The notes under the pieces: generated by a model
Database searches by the model: none
Told to the model about the DNA's origin: nothing
The model's input: only the letters and a program-made list of their open reading frames with translations
Translations under genes and position numbers: made by a program
NCBI GenBank assembly: GCA_951406725.2
Contig: OX597818.1
Span: 30,132,001-30,196,000, forward strand
DNA: 64,000 nucleotides
Source of the DNA: Octopus vulgaris
Lineage: Eukaryota
Reading direction: 5' to 3'
Shown here: one piece after another, positions 12,560 to 26,449 of the stretch
Layout of the letters: every line of letters begins with the position of its first letter
Position numbering within the stretch: the stretch's first letter is position 1

Positions 12560-12862
12560 TGTTCTACTGCACAGTACCTTGAGCAAGTGTTTTCTTCTAT
12601 AGTCCCAGGTCGACCAACGCCTCATCATTGAATGTGGTAGACAGAAACCGTGTGGGAGTCCATCGTGTGTTTGTGTGTGTGTGCTCGACAACCGGTGTTG
12701 GTTTGTTTACGTCTCTAATTTAGCGGTTCGACAAAAGAGATGATAGCATGAGTACCAAATTCAAAAAAAAAAAGTACTGGGGTCGACTCGTTCGACTAAA
12801 CCCTTTAAGGTGGTGTCCCAGCATGGCCGCAGTCCAATGACTGAAAAGAGTAAGAGATAAAG
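12560..12862 (+). mobile_element. SINE family A (CpG-retaining copy)
   Basis: Homology to 6640-7024. Confidence 0.75.
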
Positions 12863-13699
12863 AATATGGTACGCATTATTGAAATATAAATTGACCTCAG
12901 TACTTGACAAAAACATATTTTATCATTTACTTCCAAGAGGAATGAAAATAAAAGTTGACCTTGGTGTAATTTGAACTCAGAACATAATAAATGGTCGCAA
13001 CTAAATGCCACATGTTATTTTGTCTGATGCGCTATCGATTTTGTCAACCCAAATTCCCACATTAATATTTATATATAAGCATTCACTGATGCAGTCATTC
13101 TTTCTCTCACCTTTTACTTTACATCTCTCGCATTCCTATGATTGTCTATCTATCCGTTTGTTTCATTGTTTCTACGCCTGTCCATGTGTCTTATTCATCT
13201 ATTTCTGATAGGGTTACCTCCATGAGAGGGTTAAGGAGGCCACTCACACAAGGAAGGACTCACTACATTTGTCACTCCGCTACGCCGTAATGTTCTTTCA
13301 CGGTTCTGTCAACTTATCTCTTTCTTTTTGCCATTCATTCCATCCATCCATCTATCCATTCCTTTCTGTTTCGATGGATGTGGTGGGCGTTGTCATTATT
13401 CATGTTTGATTTACATGGCTTAATCACAGTTCTACAAAAACCTAGGATTATTATTTACCATCTCCGAAGAATTGAAAGCTTATGAAAGTTGAGGCCAGGA
13501 AATCAAGTTCCATTCGATGTAGGAAGCAAGAACTTCATATTAACCTTCAAGGCAAAGAGGAATTAACAGCGAATTGAAACAATACGGACTTTGATCAAGG
13601 TTGAGTCCTGCGAGAAGCTTCTCTTCAATTTGACTTGTTGAATGAATGCAACTGGATATAAGTGGTATATTAGGAAAGGAAATGAAAAAAAAATAATAA

Positions 13700-14074
13700 T
13701 AATAAATAAATAAATGAAATGAATACCATTATGGAAAGGAAAAAAGAACTAAAATCGCAAAACGTAAACACGCACATACGCATACACACACAATCAAGTA
13801 TATACATAATGAGATACTAATTATAACAATATGTACAGGAGAGACAGAGAAGGAAGGATGATTACACTGAGAAAAGGAGATACAAAAGGAGAAAAAGTCG
13901 AGGAAACAGAAATGTATAACAAAGAATAGAATAGAGAAAGAGCGAAAAAGGAGAATGGATCTAAGGAATGAAAGAAAAAGAAACAATAAATCAAGGAAGA
14001 AATTATAATGACAATAACACAGGCACACACAAGATAGATAGATAGATAGATTAGATAGATAGATAGACAGATAT

Positions 14075-14134
<60 letters not shown>

Positions 14135-15480
14135 TCGTGGTGATATGATGATGATGATGATGATGGTAAAGGAAGAAGCAGTGTAAGAAAAGACAAGATA
14201 CAGGGTCGCTTGATTGAAATGGATCAGATGAAAAGAAACATTGACAGATAAGTAAATGGTCTTTAAGAAAGAAAACAGCTGAATGAGAATTTTGAGGATT
14301 GGATCATAATAGTTAAACAGGAATCATTGAAGCTTAGGTCTCCGAAATGTAGGAGGGAGAAAATTCAGTGAAGTGAGAAGTGAAAATGAGACGAGAAAGA
14401 AAGAATAAAAGAAACAGAAATGAGAGTGAAAGAAGAAAACAGCACAAGTCAATAAAAGAGGAAGAAAAAAACCCCAACTAAATGGGACACGAAAACTGAA
14501 AAACAAAACTGAGAGACCCAATATTGAAAGTAGAAATAAGAGATGCAGCGAAACATTAGATTTTAAAAAATGAAATGAAATAACTGCCAGCGAAAGAATG
14601 ATAACGTAAGTAATGAGCGAATGGAAATAAGAAGGCAGGAGAAACAAAGGGGAGGAAGTAATTGGGAAGAGAAAGAAAGATAGAAATACTGACAGAGAGG
14701 GAGTGATGAAAGAGGGCAAGGGAAATGATGATAAAAAGTGATAACGAGTTAATAGAAGAATAAAGTGGAGAGAGAAAGAGAGAGAGAGATAGAATGGCCG
14801 AAAAGAGACGTATGTTAGAGAAAGAGAAAGAAAAAAACCCAAGAGAAATGAGAGTAAGATAAAGAAAGAAAAGAAGCTAAATTAAAGAGAGGATACACCG
14901 AAAGAGAAATATGAACATGAGAGACAAAAAGGAAAGAGAAATGAAAGAAGAATTACAGAACACAATAGAAAAGAGCACTTCAATTACGAAGAAAAAGAAT
15001 AAGATTAATAGAGAAGTTAAAGGGAAAGAACAATAAAGGGGGTCAGAGAGAGAGAGAGAGAGAGTAAAATACATTTAAAAAAAAAATCAATCAGATTAAA
15101 GATAGGAAAGATGATTAGTGATAGAAGTGATGAATAAAGAAGCAAAGTGTGAGACAGATCAAAATGTGAGGAGTGTATATGTATCCACAACCTACAACCC
15201 ACCCATAGTAAGATTGAACAGCCTCTGCAATTTAGTCATAAGAGAACTAATACTCTTCACTTAACTTTCGTTTTCTATCTCTCTTTTTATGTTTGTGGGT
15301 AAGGAGAGAGAGAAAGAGAGAGAGAGCTTCATATTCTCTATTATCTTCACCCCAAAAAGCGAAAATAAAAATAAAAAAATATATCGAGAGAAAGGAAAGA
15401 GTTAAATAGTCTTCAAAATTTAAGAATGCACTATTATTATTGTTGCAATTATTGAAAGAGATGTCACTATCAAAACAAAA
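13700..15480 (+). repeat. Purine-rich low-complexity tract including (GATA)n at 14033-14133 and (GA)n runs
   Basis: Direct composition. The minus-strand ORFs here are F/L/S low-complexity artefacts. Confidence 0.85.
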
Positions 15481-15559
15481 ATCACACCAAAATAATAACA
15501 TCAGTGTTGATAGCTAAACTAACATCAATAACTACAATAACAACGAAATGCCAACTAGC

Positions 15560-15833
15560 TAAAGAGAGAGAGAAGGGGTTGTTGAGTGTGAGGGAGACTG
15601 GGTGAGTGAGAGAGCGACTGAATGATTGAGTAAAAGCGAGAGAGATAGATAAATCGTATAGAGTAGTTAACTCGATCATATACGAAGAACAGACTCTAAC
15701 GGCTGGCTTGATTTGCAATGGTTCCTGTTGATGTTGTTGCTGTTGTAGTGGTTTCTCTTTCTTTTTCTTCGCCGTCGTATACATCGTCATCGCTGAAGGA
15801 TTACTCTATTGGATGATATGAATTCTTTGGCAG
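15560..15833 (+). promoter_or_regulatory. Candidate first exon/promoter of an unidentified host gene (possible start ATG 15818, MNSLA)
   Basis: CpG-retaining non-TE sequence, GA-repeat upstream, donor CAG|GTAGGT at 15833/15834. The 5' boundary is uncertain. Confidence 0.4.
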
Positions 15834-16584
15834 GTAGGTAAATGAATTTGATTAGGGATAACTGTTTGACAGTCACTTAAGGTCTGTCGCACATACATCT
15901 CCGACACATACGCCTGTCTTTCAAGCCTTTTGTCTCTTCCTCACCCCTCTTTCCTCCCAATAAACTGTCAATCTGCTACAATTGAATTTTCTGAGCTTTA
16001 GTGATTCTCATCTTTATCAAACCGTCCGACAAGCTATTGACATAACCAAGCTGCAAGTGTCTTGTTTCCATCAACTAGAACATGCTGCTATCTGTCACAT
16101 AAGAACGAACTATGCACGACCACAATAAAACGCACGAACACAACTGGTGTGTTTTTGCCAATCTTTGTTTAAAATTCTCCAAAATGTATTTACCATGTTT
16201 TTTTAACACTTTGTCCTGTTCAGACAAACATCACTTGACTCAGTTTACTAGTGATTATAACGATAATAATAGTAGTGGTGATGAGTAGCAAGTCAACGAT
16301 GTAACTCCGGAGATAATGTTCACGCTAATGATGAAAACAATAATATATTACCTCTCTAGATTGCAATAGTGTTTTGACACACGTGTCATATACACAAATA
16401 TGCATAAGCATACGAACAGACGAACGAATGCATTCAAACGCATATTTGCGTGGTGCGTGCGTAGTGTGTGCACTTATGTATTTTAAAAACACTCGTATAT
16501 TTCAATGGGAAAAAAATCCGGCAGTGAGACTTTCGATATATTTCATGCATATTGCCAATGAAAGATCCCACTCTGACACGCACA

Positions 16585-16779
16585 CAGATTTATATATATA
16601 TCATCACCATCTCTCCCCCTCCCCTATATATGTATATATATATACAAACGTATACAAGCATATAGAAGTATATTATATAAGCATATATATTTATATATAT
16701 ATATATGTGGTGTATTAAAAAAACACACACGCACACTCATAAATATATGCATAAATACGAGTATGTATGCTCATATATA

Positions 16780-16818
<39 letters not shown>

Positions 16819-17053
16819 GTGTGTATAAATATAACCATGCCCATGCTGTATACATATATAGGCATATTTATAAAGATAGCTAGCTAGATAGATATATAGA
16901 CATACAATGTAAATGTATGCCTTCACACACATACATATATGTATATATGTTTGTGTATACATATATAACTATGTGAATGATGTATAAAAATAGGCAAATA
17001 TCTGTATATATGTGTATGCGTGTGTGTGTTTGTGTATATACATACATACATAC

Positions 17054-17100
<47 letters not shown>

Positions 17101-17230
17101 GTTTGCATATGTGTGTTTATATATTTACTCCTTATAGATGTGTTTATATGCATATGTTTGTATGTAAATATATATATTGATAATTACATATCTATACCTA
17201 CGTATATGTGTGTATGCGTGTGTGCGTATG
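16585..17230. repeat. Compound (TA)n/(TG)n/(CA)n microsatellite region
   Basis: Direct observation. Confidence 0.9.
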
Positions 17231-17815
17231 GTCAAATACTTAAAAAGTTCATATCACAGTCGCAGTGTATCTTTGATGCCACTGCATTGCATGTTGGGCA
17301 AGTGTCTTTTATCATCGTCTTGTATTGACTCAAACCTTGTGAGTGAAAATGGGTAGACAGATTGTCTACCCTTTGTCACAGTTCAAACTTTGCCACACAT
17401 CATGTCATGCTTTTTCAACCTGATGATTTCGTTGATGGCTCATGTACTTGTGGAATGCACACCTACTTACATGCTAATTCAATCAGTAAGGAATTCAGTC
17501 CTTTGATAAATTGAATTCTCATCTCACAACCCGTGGAAATTGATTTATACATCATCATCATCATTATCGTTTTAACATCTACTTTCCATGCTTGTTTGGG
17601 TCAGATGCAATATGTGGCATAGATTTTTATGGACGGATGCCCTCCTTTCACAAACCAACCACCACTCGTTTTCAAGCAAGATAATATTTCACCACTGTCA
17701 GGCAGGTTTTCACTGAAGATTGGAAATGAACAATACTGCTTGTATGATGGTGGTGCTTGTTTACAACAATAACGTGATTTTAAGATAAAGAGACACAATC
17801 ACACACATATATACA

Positions 17816-18440
17816 TATCATCATCCTCATCATCATTTAACGTCCGTTTTTCATGCTAGCATGGGTTGGACAGTTCAACCGGGGCCTGGGAAGACAGGAG
17901 GCTGCACCAGGCTTCACTCTGATCTGGCAATGTTTCCACAGCTGGATGCCCTTCCTAACGCCAACCACTCCGTGAGTGTAGTGGGTGCTTTTTACGTGCC
18001 ACCGGCACAGGGGCCAGAGAAGGCTTGCAACGTCCATGATCGGTTGGTGCTTTTTACATGCCACAGGCACCGACGCCAGTCAAGGCAGCACTAGCATCGG
18101 CCATGTTCAGATGGTGTTTTTTTACATGCCACCAGCATGATTATCACAACTACAATTTCCATTTCATTTTTATTTTGATGTTGATGTACTTGACTCAATA
18201 GGTCTCATTAAGCACAGCAGGTCGCCCTACAATCCAAGGTAAGCACGGCCGGCCGTCCTGCGAGCCATGAACTCACTTTATTTGTCGGGTCTTCGCAGTC
18301 ACAGCATATCTCCAGAGGTCTTAGTCTTTCATCATTGTCTCTGTGAGGCCTAACGTTCGAAGGTCATGCTTGACCACCTCATCCCATGTCTTCCTGGGTC
18401 TATCTCTACCCCAGATTTCTTCAACTGTTTGGGAGTGGCA
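17816..18440 (-). mobile_element. 5'-truncated RTE (ORF end plus hairpin-type 3' UTR)
   Basis: RPRKTWDEVVKHDLRTLGLTE, three gtgcc..ggcac repeats, (CAT)n tail. Confidence 0.85.
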
Positions 18441-18482
18441 CACACATATACATACATAAGTACATGTGTATGTGTGTGCGTG

Positions 18483-21400
18483 TTCATCATCATCATTGTT
18501 TAATGTCTCTTTTTTCATGCTAGCATAGGTTGAATTGTTTGGCATAAACTGACAAATCAGAGGACTGTACTGAGTTCCAGTGTCTGATTTAGCATGGTTT
18601 CTACAGCTTGATGCCTTTCTTAATGCCAATCACTTCACAGTGTGTTGTTGTTTTTTTCCTTCTCGAGCCTTGCCTGGCTCATAAGGGCTGGTTTCCCACT
18701 TTCATTGGCATATAGGTTCCCCACCTGGATGGAATGCTGGTCTGTCACTGGTGAGCTGCTTGATACAGGAGGAAAGAGTGAGAGAAAGTTGTGGCAAAAG
18801 ACTCAGCAGAAGTTCGCCATTATCTTCTGCAGGAGCCATGTGGAGCTTAGGTCTTTCACTCATAAGCACACACATCACTTGGTTCGAACCCGCAATCACT
18901 CGACTGTGAGTCTGCTGCTCTAACCACTAGGCCATGTGCCTCCACTCTTCCCAGTGTACTGGGTGCTTTTTTTCATGGCACCAGCAAGACAAGCTCCCTC
19001 AACTGAGGGAGATATAGTTTTGAGGGATATAAAAGTATTATAGAAGGAGAGGACAAGAGTCTTGCTGAAAAGGTGAATACATAGCTTCCCCATCAAGAAA
19101 GAAAGAGAGAGAGAGAGAGATGTGAGGTCAAGGTACAAGGTGAATATGAGGGATAGAAATAGGATAGAAGAGCAGGAATGTTGGGTAACTATGTAAGTGG
19201 GCTACAGTGAAATTAATATGAGAGATGATTAGAGATGGATATTGCGTTGGATGCAAGGAGAGGAAATGAAGGAAAGGAAATAACAAGGAGGAGGAAGTGA
19301 CAAAAGATTGTAGTAGGATTATAATAAGAGGATAAGTGGTATCACTTACAACATCTGAGTGAGTAGTGTCACAGATGATTGATGGAGGGATGGAGAAGAT
19401 AAGTTGTGGGATGATGGAAGATTTGACAGGACCTCAGCATTACTGAGATGAATGGGTCTCCTCAAGCACAATACAGTACCATTTGTCTCGGTTTCCCATT
19501 ATCTCTTCCAAGAAGCTCAACATCTTATGGTCAGCTTCTACCACTTCATCCCACATCTTCCTGAGTTGCCCTCTTCCACATTTAGCAATTGGCTTGTCTT
19601 TATACAACTGTCCTCATCCATCTTCATCATATGACCATAGCAGCAGTCTTCTCTCCTGCTCACCATATCTGATGCCTCTTATGCCCAATTTTTCTCTCGT
19701 GTCTTCTGTCCTACATGCACATTGATGTTGCACACCCAGTGGAGTATGATACCTTCATTCCTTTCTAGTCTCCACATGTTCTCTGCATTAACAACCCAAA
19801 TTTAACTACTATTTAACATTGTTGTTTGTACACAGGCATTGTACAATCTGCCCTTCACTCTGAGAGAGAGGTGCCTTTTGTTATCAACAGAGGTAATAGT
19901 TCTCTGAACTTTCTTCAAACATTGCTTATTTTAGCAACTATACTTTCAGCACATCTCTCCCCACTGCTAATTAAATCACCTAAGTAACAGAAACTATCTA
20001 CTACCTCTAAGGATCATCTTGGATGTTCCAGAAAATTTACTATATACTTTTGGTGTTTATTGCATCTGTGCACCTGCCACAAATAATATCTACTGTCTCT
20101 CTTAACCTTCCTGTGATTCCACTACACCTCTTACGTGTTCATAGTTAGCGCTGTGTATAGCATATAGAATTTCTACCAACACTCTTTCTACATATTGAAC
20201 AGGGTCATTTATCTGAGCGATTAACACTCTGTCTATTTTCCTGCTAACTAGAACTTTGGTCTTTCCTAAGTTAACTTCAAGGCCTTTACTCCAGGTTTGT
20301 TTCCACACATGGAATTTCATTTCTAATTCTGCTACAGTTTCAGCTGTGAGAACAAGTTCATCAGCATAGAGGAGTTCCCATGGCCAGTCCATCTAAGCCT
20401 CCTCTATTATGACAGGAGGACTATGATAACTAAGAGGAAACAGATAACCGAACCTTTATGAACTCCTACCTGCACACTAGATTTATTACTATATGCATTT
20501 TTAACACTCATCTTAAGGACAGCATCCTTATAAATTGTTTGTTTAAACACCTCTCACTAGCCATTTATCTACTTCTAGCTTCTGAAGTAACCTCACAATT
20601 AGGGAGCAAGGCATCCTTTCCAGTTCAGTGAATGCCAAGTATAGTGGTTTACGTTTTGCTAAATTCTTCTCCTGCAGTTGCTGAACTCTGAAGAAATCAT
20701 CCCTTTGGCTCAAAACCAAACTGCATCTAATCTAGGTTAAACTTCTTCCTAATTAATTAAGCTTGACTCTTTTGATGACTTTCATAAGCTGGTCCAGTAA
20801 TATGATACCTCTGTTATTACTTCTCACTAAGGTATCTCCTTTACCCTACTAACAGTTGACTATGATGATATTACATGAGTCACTTAGTATGATAGCTTCC
20901 TGTACAACATAATGAACTGTATGGGTGACTAGGCTGTATCATACTCTACCAGATATTTTAAACATTTCAGCAGTAATCCCTGATGGACCAGAAACATTCT
21001 GTGTCTTCACATTTTGATTGCTTTGTCTATCACACTGCTATTATCAAGAATGGCTGAACCTTCTGTTTGATTCACATTAGAATGACTCTCTTTCTCCACA
21101 TTTAGTAGCTTTTCATAATAACATTTCCATGTCTCTTTTCAGAATCACTGAGTGTGAGTGTGCCATTATCCTTCTCCACACACTTCTCTCCCACAACATC
21201 TTGATTTTCTCTGATACACTGCCCTATAATCCAGGACACCTATGCCTTCAGTCCACATGACATAGAACATTGGCACACCTCTTCTTTTCTGCTTCTCCTT
21301 TTGCTAAATATACCTGTCTCTTAGTTTTTAATTTCTCTTCTAATTGCCTGATATACTTCTCTGTGCTCCCATATTTCCAAACCTTCCAAGCCTGCCTTTT

Positions 21401-21785
21401 ATCTTTTATGGCTCTATCTATTTCACTGCTCCTCTGCCATGTCACCTTTGGTTTGGCTGTAACTGTGCATCAGCCACGAATTTGAATGTTGCCCTCAATA
21501 GGTTGTCCAGAAGGAACTTTCAGTTCTCAACATAAGTCTCTGTCTCTTCTTCCTTGTCAAATGCTTCAATTAGTATATCTCTAAATTTCTGACTGTTCAT
21601 TGAACCTTTTAAGTGTCCATAAGTTCCTTTTACAGACTGGTTTGCATTTCTGAGTCCTTTTAACCCTAAGTTTGAAGTCACTACCCACTTAACTATGTTG
21701 TTCTGTACACTCCTCACCTGGGGAAAGACTTTGCATTCACAGCATCCGCCTATCCCATTTTCTAGTGAGAATGTAATCAATCTGG
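18483..21785 (-). mobile_element. Decayed RTE LINE (subfamily with pyrimidine-rich 3' UTR), SINE inserted in the 3' UTR
   Basis: PWELLYADELVL, RQVYLAKGEAEK and FRDILIEAFD, with many stops. Tail at 18483-18640. Confidence 0.85.
18645..18945 (-). mobile_element. tRNA-derived SINE (family C-type head)
   Basis: Minus-strand head ggaggcacatggcctagtggttagagcagc...gggttcgaacc (A and B boxes). Confidence 0.8.
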
Positions 21786-21989
21786 CTAATTATTTTTCAC
21801 GTATTTTTGTCAGGCCTCACATAATCTACTTTCAGATTTCATATCTCACTATTGTACAACAGAGGAAAATTTCTTTTCTACTCGTTTCTTACTCTTGCTA
21901 CAGTCCACTCAGTATGACCACCTCTAACACTCAGTTGATCATAAACTACTACATCTGATGTGCATGGTTTTCATTTCATAGTTGCAATT

Positions 21990-22300
21990 TCTATTAACTA
22001 TTCCTGTAATCTGTTACATTGGATGCCCTGATTTTTCTGTCAGTCTGCCAAAAATGCTATTGCATCTTTTGTGTACCTATTGCTTGCACTTAGCATGCAT
22101 TATTGAGCTTTTACTTACTTCTTCCTACAGAGTGAAAAAGGCCATTTACCAGATAAGTCTTGAGTATCGTGATCTTGTTTACAAAATTTGATCTTTAATA
22201 TGTCAGCCTTTAATCCTTTGAACATAAGTTCATTCTTTCAGGTTTGGAACATTTCTTTCAACTCTTTGACAGATTCTTCAAGGGTATATAAAGTAAGGAT
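21990..22300 (-). mobile_element. Old RTE fragment including the Cys/His finger
   Basis: ELKEMFQT*KNELMFKGLK...SGKWPFSLC...KCKQ*VHKRC. Confidence 0.6.
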
Positions 22301-22564
22301 CTAATATTGCAAAAGTTTAAGGATCAAGAATGATCATGGAATCCAATCAGTTAGTCATCTATACATTGTTGCTATCTTAATAATATGCATCTGGAATGAT
22401 GCATAATTACTCATGTGGATTTCCAGGTCTTGCATTGGCTCTAACTCCAGAACTGCAATATATTCCACCCCCAACTCAGTTCTGTGTATTCTGATTACAA
22501 TCTGTACCTTATTATGTACCTTATTTATATATTATGTACCTTATTTTGTACCTTATTTATATAT

Positions 22565-23252
22565 AAATTGCCAAGAAGGCTGAGGGTGTCTTGGCATCAC
22601 TCACCAAGTCCTTTGTGAGCTGCTCTCCGGCTATCTATTTGCGGCTTTATATAGCTATGGTGCGACCTCACCTGGAATTTGCATCACCAGTCTGGAACCC
22701 CTATCTTGCCCAAGATATTAATCGTCTGGAAGCCGTTGAGCGACATGCAACCAAGAGAATACCCCCCCCCCCCATCAGGCATTTGCCATATTCTGAACAC
22801 CTTACTTCCCTGAGCATGGATACATTAAAACTCCGACGTCTGGCAGCTGACTTGGCAGACACCCATAAAATTATTAACCATCTTACAAACAATAACTCTG
22901 AGCACCTTTTCAAACAGCACCTGTCTAACACCCGTGGACATGTTTACAAAGTCAGAAAACAGCACAGCTCCCATGACTTTTGGAAACATTTTTTCATGCT
23001 AAGTATGGAACAAACTGCCGGCATCAGTTGTTAGCTGTCGGGGCATTGCATCCTTCAAAACTTCCATGCTTCCTGAGATTCGCCAACACTACATCTGATT
23101 TTCTCCCCTCCATACACACGCAAGCATGTATCTGACTCATACACTGTTCACTTTCCAGACTTTTGTACATTACTGCATATGCTTTATACACATTTTTGAC
23201 AAGTTGCAGTGCACCTGAGCACTGTATACAATAATTTCATTATTATTATTAC
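22565..23252 (+). mobile_element. CR1-clade LINE 3' fragment
   Basis: LYIAMVRPHLEFASPVWNPY...RRLAADL...TRGH, then 3' UTR and (ATT)n tail. Confidence 0.85.
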
Positions 23253-24079
23253 TACAATTAGCCGTCATTTTTGATGGCACGGGGCCAGCTTGTATTTGTA
23301 TAACTCGGCTCATTAGTTTAGGATTTCTCTGACTGTTCTTCTCCAGTGCATTTTGTTGCAGTTGTAACAGTTTGCAAAGATACTCTGAGTTACTAAATTA
23401 GACATAACACCTTCCTGCACTGCTTGATTAATTTAGTCTCACAATTTAGTACTCACAATGCATTTATAAAGCCTGATGCTTCTAGCTTCTTGTTTTGATA
23501 CCATGGTGGTTCTGCAGTTGTCCCTACCTTCATTCTCTAATTACTTTAATGACTCTGCTTAAACCAGCCTTTATAGCTGTTTTTATTTTTCTCTCCCATT
23601 TCAACTCATGTTCTCACAAATCCATCCATATTCCTTATATTCAAGAACTTTTCATAGCAACACTCTCAAAATGTTATCTTCTCACTTTGACAGAAGGAAA
23701 ATGTTCTTATGTTGTTTCAGACATATTTCTCATCAATAACATACCAATTCATGCAGAGAAGTTTTTGAAATGCAGAATACTTGATATCATTCATTTTGAT
23801 GGCACAAAATATTAACAATCCCAAACTTCTTTCCAGACAAAAGAAATTTGATAATTTGCTTTTCTACTGTTACTCATTGCCTCCTTCTTTTTTTCAAGCT
23901 TTTCCCGAAATTTTTTTAGTGTTGTTCACTACACTAGTCCTCTATAGTTTTATTCCATGCTCATATTAGTTGCTTACTGTAAGTTGTCTCTCAGGAACCT
24001 CTAGTTTACTTCTGTGTTCTAATCTTCCATCTCTGTTTTCCTAAGTAAACATCTGGCTACATCTAAATAATAATTGTTG

Positions 24080-24900
24080 TTTAAACTTAGGTTAACTTTG
24101 ACTGAACAGACCTCTGATCAAAAGCTTCCAATCTTGGCTATTTCAGCTGTGATTTGTGATCAAAGGCATTCCACCCATGGCCATTCTATTATTTTTTTAG
24201 ACAACGGTATATGGGATTACATCATCTGAAGTGTTTCCCAAGACAACAAAGTGTAATTTGAGGGAGATTTAGTTACTATTTTTAATGGGCCAACTGATTG
24301 CTTAACAGCTCCCTCATTGACTCATTGGCACATTATCCCTTATCTCATGAGCTTTAAACTTTCCTATCTTCCTTTTCCTTTTTGAAATCCAGAGTGTATC
24401 AAAGTATTCTATTCCCATTAATATCCACTCTTTTAGGCATTGGCTAAAACTTCAATTGTAGACAAATATATTCTTGGACTTTCTCAATACAATTACTGAA
24501 GTTGTTAGTTATCAGAATGATATTACTTTCATCTTATGTTTATTGTTGTTATTGTTCAGCTTTAGGTCAAACCCACTTGAGTGGATCTATTAGCTTAGGT
24601 ATTCCAGACATGGCCATCCTGTCTATTATTCAAACATAGTTTGAATAATAGTCAGGACATATTTTTTCTAGCAGACTGAGTAACCATACAGAGATTCTTT
24701 CTTCAGCTTGGACTCCTTCAATGTTGTTTCAGGTAGCAGTAGCAGCAGCAGCAGCAGCAGTAATTGCAGCAGCAGCAGTAGCAGCAACAATATTAGCATT
24801 AGTAGTATCCACTATGTCCTTCCATTTTTTTAAGATGGTAAAGTGGAACTTGACAGAGATTTGTTGACTATTTCTAGCAGTACGAGCAATTGCATAAAAG
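24080..24900 (+). repeat. Cluster of old interspersed repeat fragments (atttgg/ag..gctatttctagcag motif) and a (GCA)n run at 24736-24790
   Basis: The motif recurs at ~2710, 24270, 24860 and 26215, and inverted at ~46730 and 60390. Confidence 0.5.
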
Positions 24901-25159
24901 TTCACATATTTGCTCTAAATGTAGTAATTTCCTTAGGTAGCTTTTACCAGAGCCTCATAGAACTTTCTCTTACTCACTTGTTAACTTTCTTTTGGTGGAT
25001 GTAAGCCCAGGAAGCAGATGGTGTTACATTACCAGTCATTGAACTGAATTTAATTATTCTTTCACTTAGCCTAACTATTTATGACTCCATCTAACATTTC
25101 TGCTAAGATTATACCCAAACTACTCATACAGGACACATTAGTTATCTAAAAGAAACATA

Positions 25160-25367
25160 ATAATGACAGTTTCAAATTTTGGCACAACGCCAGCAATTTT
25201 GGGAGGAAAAGTAAGTCACTTATATCAACCCCAGTGCTCAACTGGGACTTAATTTATCGACCCTGACAAGATGAAAAGCAAAGTCAACCTTGGCAGAATT
25301 TGAACTCAGAACATAAGGACTGACAAAATGCCGCTAAGCATTTTGTCTAGTGTGCTAATGATTCTGC
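25160..25367 (-). mobile_element. SINE family B
   Basis: Homology to 3149-3357. Confidence 0.8.
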
Positions 25368-25725
25368 TGGCATAGCTGTATGGTAAGAAGCTTGCTTCCC
25401 AACCACATGATTCTGGGTTCAGTCTCACTGCATGGCACCTTGGGCAAGTGTCTTCTACTATAGTCTCTGTGAGTGGATTTGGTAGATGGAAATCGAAAGA
25501 AGCCTGTCATGTGTGTGTGTGTTTGTCCCTTCATCACTGTTTGACAACCGATGTTGGTGTATTTACATCCTCCATAATGTAGTGATTCTGCGAAAAAGAT
25601 CTGTAGAATAAGAAGTACTAGGCTTAAGAAACAAGTCCTGAGGTCGATTTTCTCAGCTAAAACACTCCAAGGCGGTGTTCCAGCATGGCCACAGTCAAAT
25701 GATTGAAACAAGTAAAAGGATAAAG
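25368..25725 (+). mobile_element. SINE family A
   Basis: Homology to 6640-7024. Confidence 0.8.
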
Positions 25726-25727
25726 GT

Positions 25728-25922
25728 AATTATGAACCAGAATCCTTGTCTGGGATCAGATCGATCTCAAAATCTAATCAGCTCATGTCAGTCATGAGGC
25801 CAAACATCCCTGAAAGTTTGATCTTAATCCATCCAGCGGTTCTTAAGATATCTTGTCCACAGATAAACAAGCAAACATGACTGTAAACAATACCTCCACC
25901 TCTGCTTAGGTGGAGGTAATAA
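25728..25922 (-). mobile_element. Helentron-associated (DINE-1/HINE-like) element end
   Basis: Terminal hairpin tacctccacc-tctgctta-ggtggaggta and an acagataaacaagcaaac microsatellite-like block. Confidence 0.55.
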
Positions 25923-25978
25923 ATAACTGTGGATTCCTTTGTGCTGTTCTCCTTTCAGGACAGAAGGATGTGGTTTAA

Positions 25979-26199
25979 CCCTTTAGCATTTAAACCGGCC
26001 ATATCCGGCCAAAAGTATTCTGCCTGTTTTATGTTCAAACTGGCCAGATCTGGTCTCTCACACCAGCCCTACAATATCGTTTTAAAAATTAACAGCTACC
26101 TCATCAAAATCTCATAGCTACAAGATAATGCATGATTAGCTCAAAACAATGTAGATGAAAAAGCATTAATTTTGGCAGAATAATGAAAACACTAAAGGG
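25979..26199. mobile_element. piggyBac-type MITE
   Basis: TTAA|CCCTTTAG ... CTAAAGGG|TTAA. A decayed second copy lies at ~58848-59025. Confidence 0.85.
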
Positions 26200-26449
26200 T
26201 TAAGGAAAATTTGGCTTCTATTTCTATCAGGCTAAGTGACTGTAGAAGCTCCCTATAAAGGGAAAAATTCTGGCTGGTGGTGATGGTAATTATTTTGAGA
26301 TTGATGGCTTGATGTGACAGTTGTTCAAGTCTGATACCACCAATAACATGACAGATTTTACACCTTTATAAATTATACAGCAGGTGTTACAATTCTATCT
26401 GCTATACTTCATTATTATTCATCCATAGAATTAGAACAATTAAAATAGA

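Noticed and set aside
13430-13660. Coding-like composition
   Set aside because: Stops in the frames examined and no identifiable motif.
13729-15501. Hydrophobic membrane-protein-like ORFs on the minus strand
   Set aside because: Artefacts of a T/C-rich low-complexity strand and (TATC)n.
16374-17328. YI/HT/CV-repeat ORFs
   Set aside because: Microsatellite translations.
23330-23950. Possible R4/Dong N-terminal remnant (EPPWYQ on minus strand)
   Set aside because: A single short motif, too decayed to call without a database search.
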